This document shows positions 61,520 through 64,000 of a stretch of DNA of 64,000 nt, one piece after another. The DNA lies in the NCBI RefSeq assembly GCF_000143415.4, contig NW_003314404.1, positions 248,036 to 312,035 of the forward strand, given 5' to 3'. This DNA comes from Selaginella moellendorffii (lineage: Eukaryota; Plantae; Lycopodiophyta). Under the pieces are notes generated by a model. The model saw only the letters and a list, made by a program, of their open reading frames with translations. It ran no database searches and was not told where the DNA came from. Position numbers and translations under genes: made by a program. Numbering within the stretch: the first letter of the stretch is position 1; each line of letters opens with the position of its first letter.

Positions 61520-63970
61520 TACTATAGGTTGATGAAACTCCACCACTCTTGGATCGAAGATGGCCTAAATATAACTAAGGTCAAGGAGGCACCACGTCAT
61601 CATCAAGAATGTGGTTTGAGATTTAAGAATTGTATGGGAAATTAAAGAGTCAAGAATAGGGAAGTGTCTTGAGAGTCAAGAATAGGGAAGTGTCTCGAGA
61701 ATCAAGAATATGATCTACGGGTCAAGAATCTGGCAAAACTCAGGAATGTGGCAAGAATTGGGGATTTCTAATAGCACCCCCTCCTCAAGAACGAGTGGAA
61801 TGAGGATGTGAATGAGAACGAAGAGGAGGATGAGATGGGCGGCAATAATCCTGTCACTTATCGCTTTGCACTTCCTTTCTCATATTAAATTCACCTTGTT
61901 TTTCACTCCTCTCTCCTTGAGCCTTATATTCCCAATCCTATTCCAAATTGGGTCATTCTTCTACCTCCACCAGTGCAGCTCGAGGATGGGTCTGAGTACG
62001 AGGTTCGGGACATCTTTGATTCCAAGATCTCACAGTCTAAACTCTACTATCTGGTAAACTGGAAGGGTTATGGACCTGAGGAATGCACTTGGGAACCTGC
62101 GGACAATCTAATTCATTGTCCTGGATGGCAGTGATAGGGAAAGGACTAAGGCATTTGAAATCGAGTTTGAGACATGGCCTGGTGGTGGAGATATTTCGCC
62201 TGAGGAGCTAAACTTTATCCTCGATATTGTAAGGGGGACAATCCTGATGATGGACATTGGCAAATGTTTTGTGAGATTCCTGAGCACAATGGAGGTGGAA
62301 GGAAATGGAGTTATGGATTTCCTGGAGGTTGGAGACAAATGCCTCAAAGTGGGGATTTGAACGAGAGGATTTGGATGGAGAAGGAAGTGAGAGATTGAAT
62401 CGGGGATTTCAGCCAGAGTTTGCAAAGAAGGGGAAAACTTGAAGGGAGGAGTGAACAGAGTTGTTATAGGAGAACTCAGCAAGGGGAAGGATATTGAACC
62501 AATCATCATAATGATAGTTGATGAAACACCTCAGGAATTGTTCCAATGTGTGAATCGTATGCTCGGACTGTCCATCAGTTTGAGGATGATACGCCGAAGA
62601 AAGGTTGGCCTTCACTCCAAGCAGCTGCAAGAACCGTTGCCAGAAATGAGAGATGAACTGAGGTCCCCGATCCGAAACCACATCTGCAGGAATCCCATGA
62701 AGTTGGAAAATTTCCCTGAATACCAGTTTTGCCATGTCCTCACCCGAAAACTCCTTGGTACATGGCAGGAAGTGCATCATCTTTGTGAAGCAATCCATCA
62801 CGACTAAAATGCTGTTGAAGCCTCTAGAACTCAGAAGATCACTCAAGAAATCCATGGAGATGGATTCCTAAGGACTTGAAGGGACTAGGAGGGAACGAAG
62901 TAAACCGGAACGAAGGTACCTTATTCCGGGCGCAAGTGTCACAAGAGGTAACAAAAGCTTTGATGTAGTCGTTCATGTGAGGTTTTCGCAATGCCGAAGT
63001 GACCAGCAGTCTGGCAATCGTGGCACGCTATCAGGACCAACCTTCAAGCATCACCTTCGGGAACGTAAAGCTACTCCCCACTATACAACAAGCCATCTAA
63101 GAACTCAAACTCGTCAAATCGCTAGCAGTCAGGAGTCACTGCGTGTCCAGCCTGAAGATGGGGGAAAATGTCGCTGGCGAGGTCGTTGGATTGAAGATTG
63201 TTTCTAATCGCATCCATCAAGGAGGAGTCCTGAGGGGCCAGGGAAATTGCCATAACTTGAAGCCGATCAGGACCAAGGATAACCTGATCCTGTTGATTGA
63301 AGGCAGGATTACCAAGCCTAAGATTGAGATAGGAGCACCTTGAAAGAGCATTAGGAAGGCCTTGAAGCTTTCCAGGTCTGTACTTGTTAACAAAGTCAAA
63401 CCGACTCAAGAATTGTGCCCACCTTGCCTGACGACAGCTCAAAACTCGGGAAGTGGCAAAGTACTCGAGATTTTTGTGATTCGTCCAGACCGTTGTTTGA
63501 TAGCTCACCCCCTCCAAGAAACGACGCCACTCTCCAAAGGAGTCCATGATGGCAAGGAGCTCCTTGTCGTGGATTTTGTAATTGATCTCCACATGTTGGA
63601 ATTTCCGAAAATGGAAAGCGACCGGATGAAATTCCTGATCTGCTCCAAGTTGAGACAGCACAACACCGATAGCAAAGTTGGAGGTGTTTGCCTCGATGAA
63701 GAAAGGTTGTGAGGGATTAGCGTGGATCAAGAAGGGAGCAGAATTGAAGGCCGCTTTAAGTGTGTCGAAGGCTTGCTGGGTAGTAGTAGACCAAAAGAAG
63801 GGAACATCCTTGCTAGTGAGATGCGTGAGAGGAAGGACAATGTCAAAGTGGTGATCAATGAATTTGCGGTAGAAGTTGGTGAAGCCAAGGAAAACCTGAA
63901 TGTCCGACATTGATTGTGGAGGCTCCCATTCGAGAATAGTCTTGACTTTGGTAGGATTCATTGTGATACT
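61520..63970 (-). mobile_element. Tcn1-like chromovirus (RNase H, integrase, chromodomain, PPT, 3' LTR)
   Basis: HDKELLAI, VVSDRGPQF, AYHPQTDGQSE, PPT GAGGAGGGGG at ~61776-61786. The chromodomain segment is inverted. Confidence 0.88.
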
Positions 63971-64000
63971 TGTGAGACACAAAATCCCTAGGCCCCAAAG
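63971..64000 (+). mobile_element. Start of a family-B LTR inserted into the chromovirus
   Basis: TGTGAGACACAAAATCCCTAGGCCCCAAAG matches the reverse complement of 6948-6976 and 29641-29669. Confidence 0.7.

Overview
Plant nuclear DNA. The ~50-bp introns, PLS/DYW PPRs and Tcn1-type chromoviruses suggest a lycophyte such as Selaginella (inference). The backbone is a triplicated PPR-DYW / LRR-RLP / CYP450 unit, in which only the LRR receptor-like gene at 41573-44023 is intact. A nest of LTR retroelements and DNA transposons occupies ~4.7-35.8 kb. The standout is a 13.9-kb DNA transposon (14492-28368) with perfect 22-bp TIRs and an ~8-bp target duplication that can be checked against an empty paralogous site in the same window. 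It carries a decayed Sola1-like DDD transposase and a divergently transcribed multi-exon cargo gene with ParB/Srx-like, degenerate amino-methyltransferase-like, acidic-linker and FCP1/HAD phosphatase-like regions. About 30 copies of one 22-bp dyad (ATGGCRTG-N6-CAYGCCAT) are spread through the element, several inside its short introns, and I saw none outside it. This looks like a self-recognition (parS/ParB-like or VANC-like anti-silencing) system, but that function is inference. All domain calls are motif recognition by eye, not database results.
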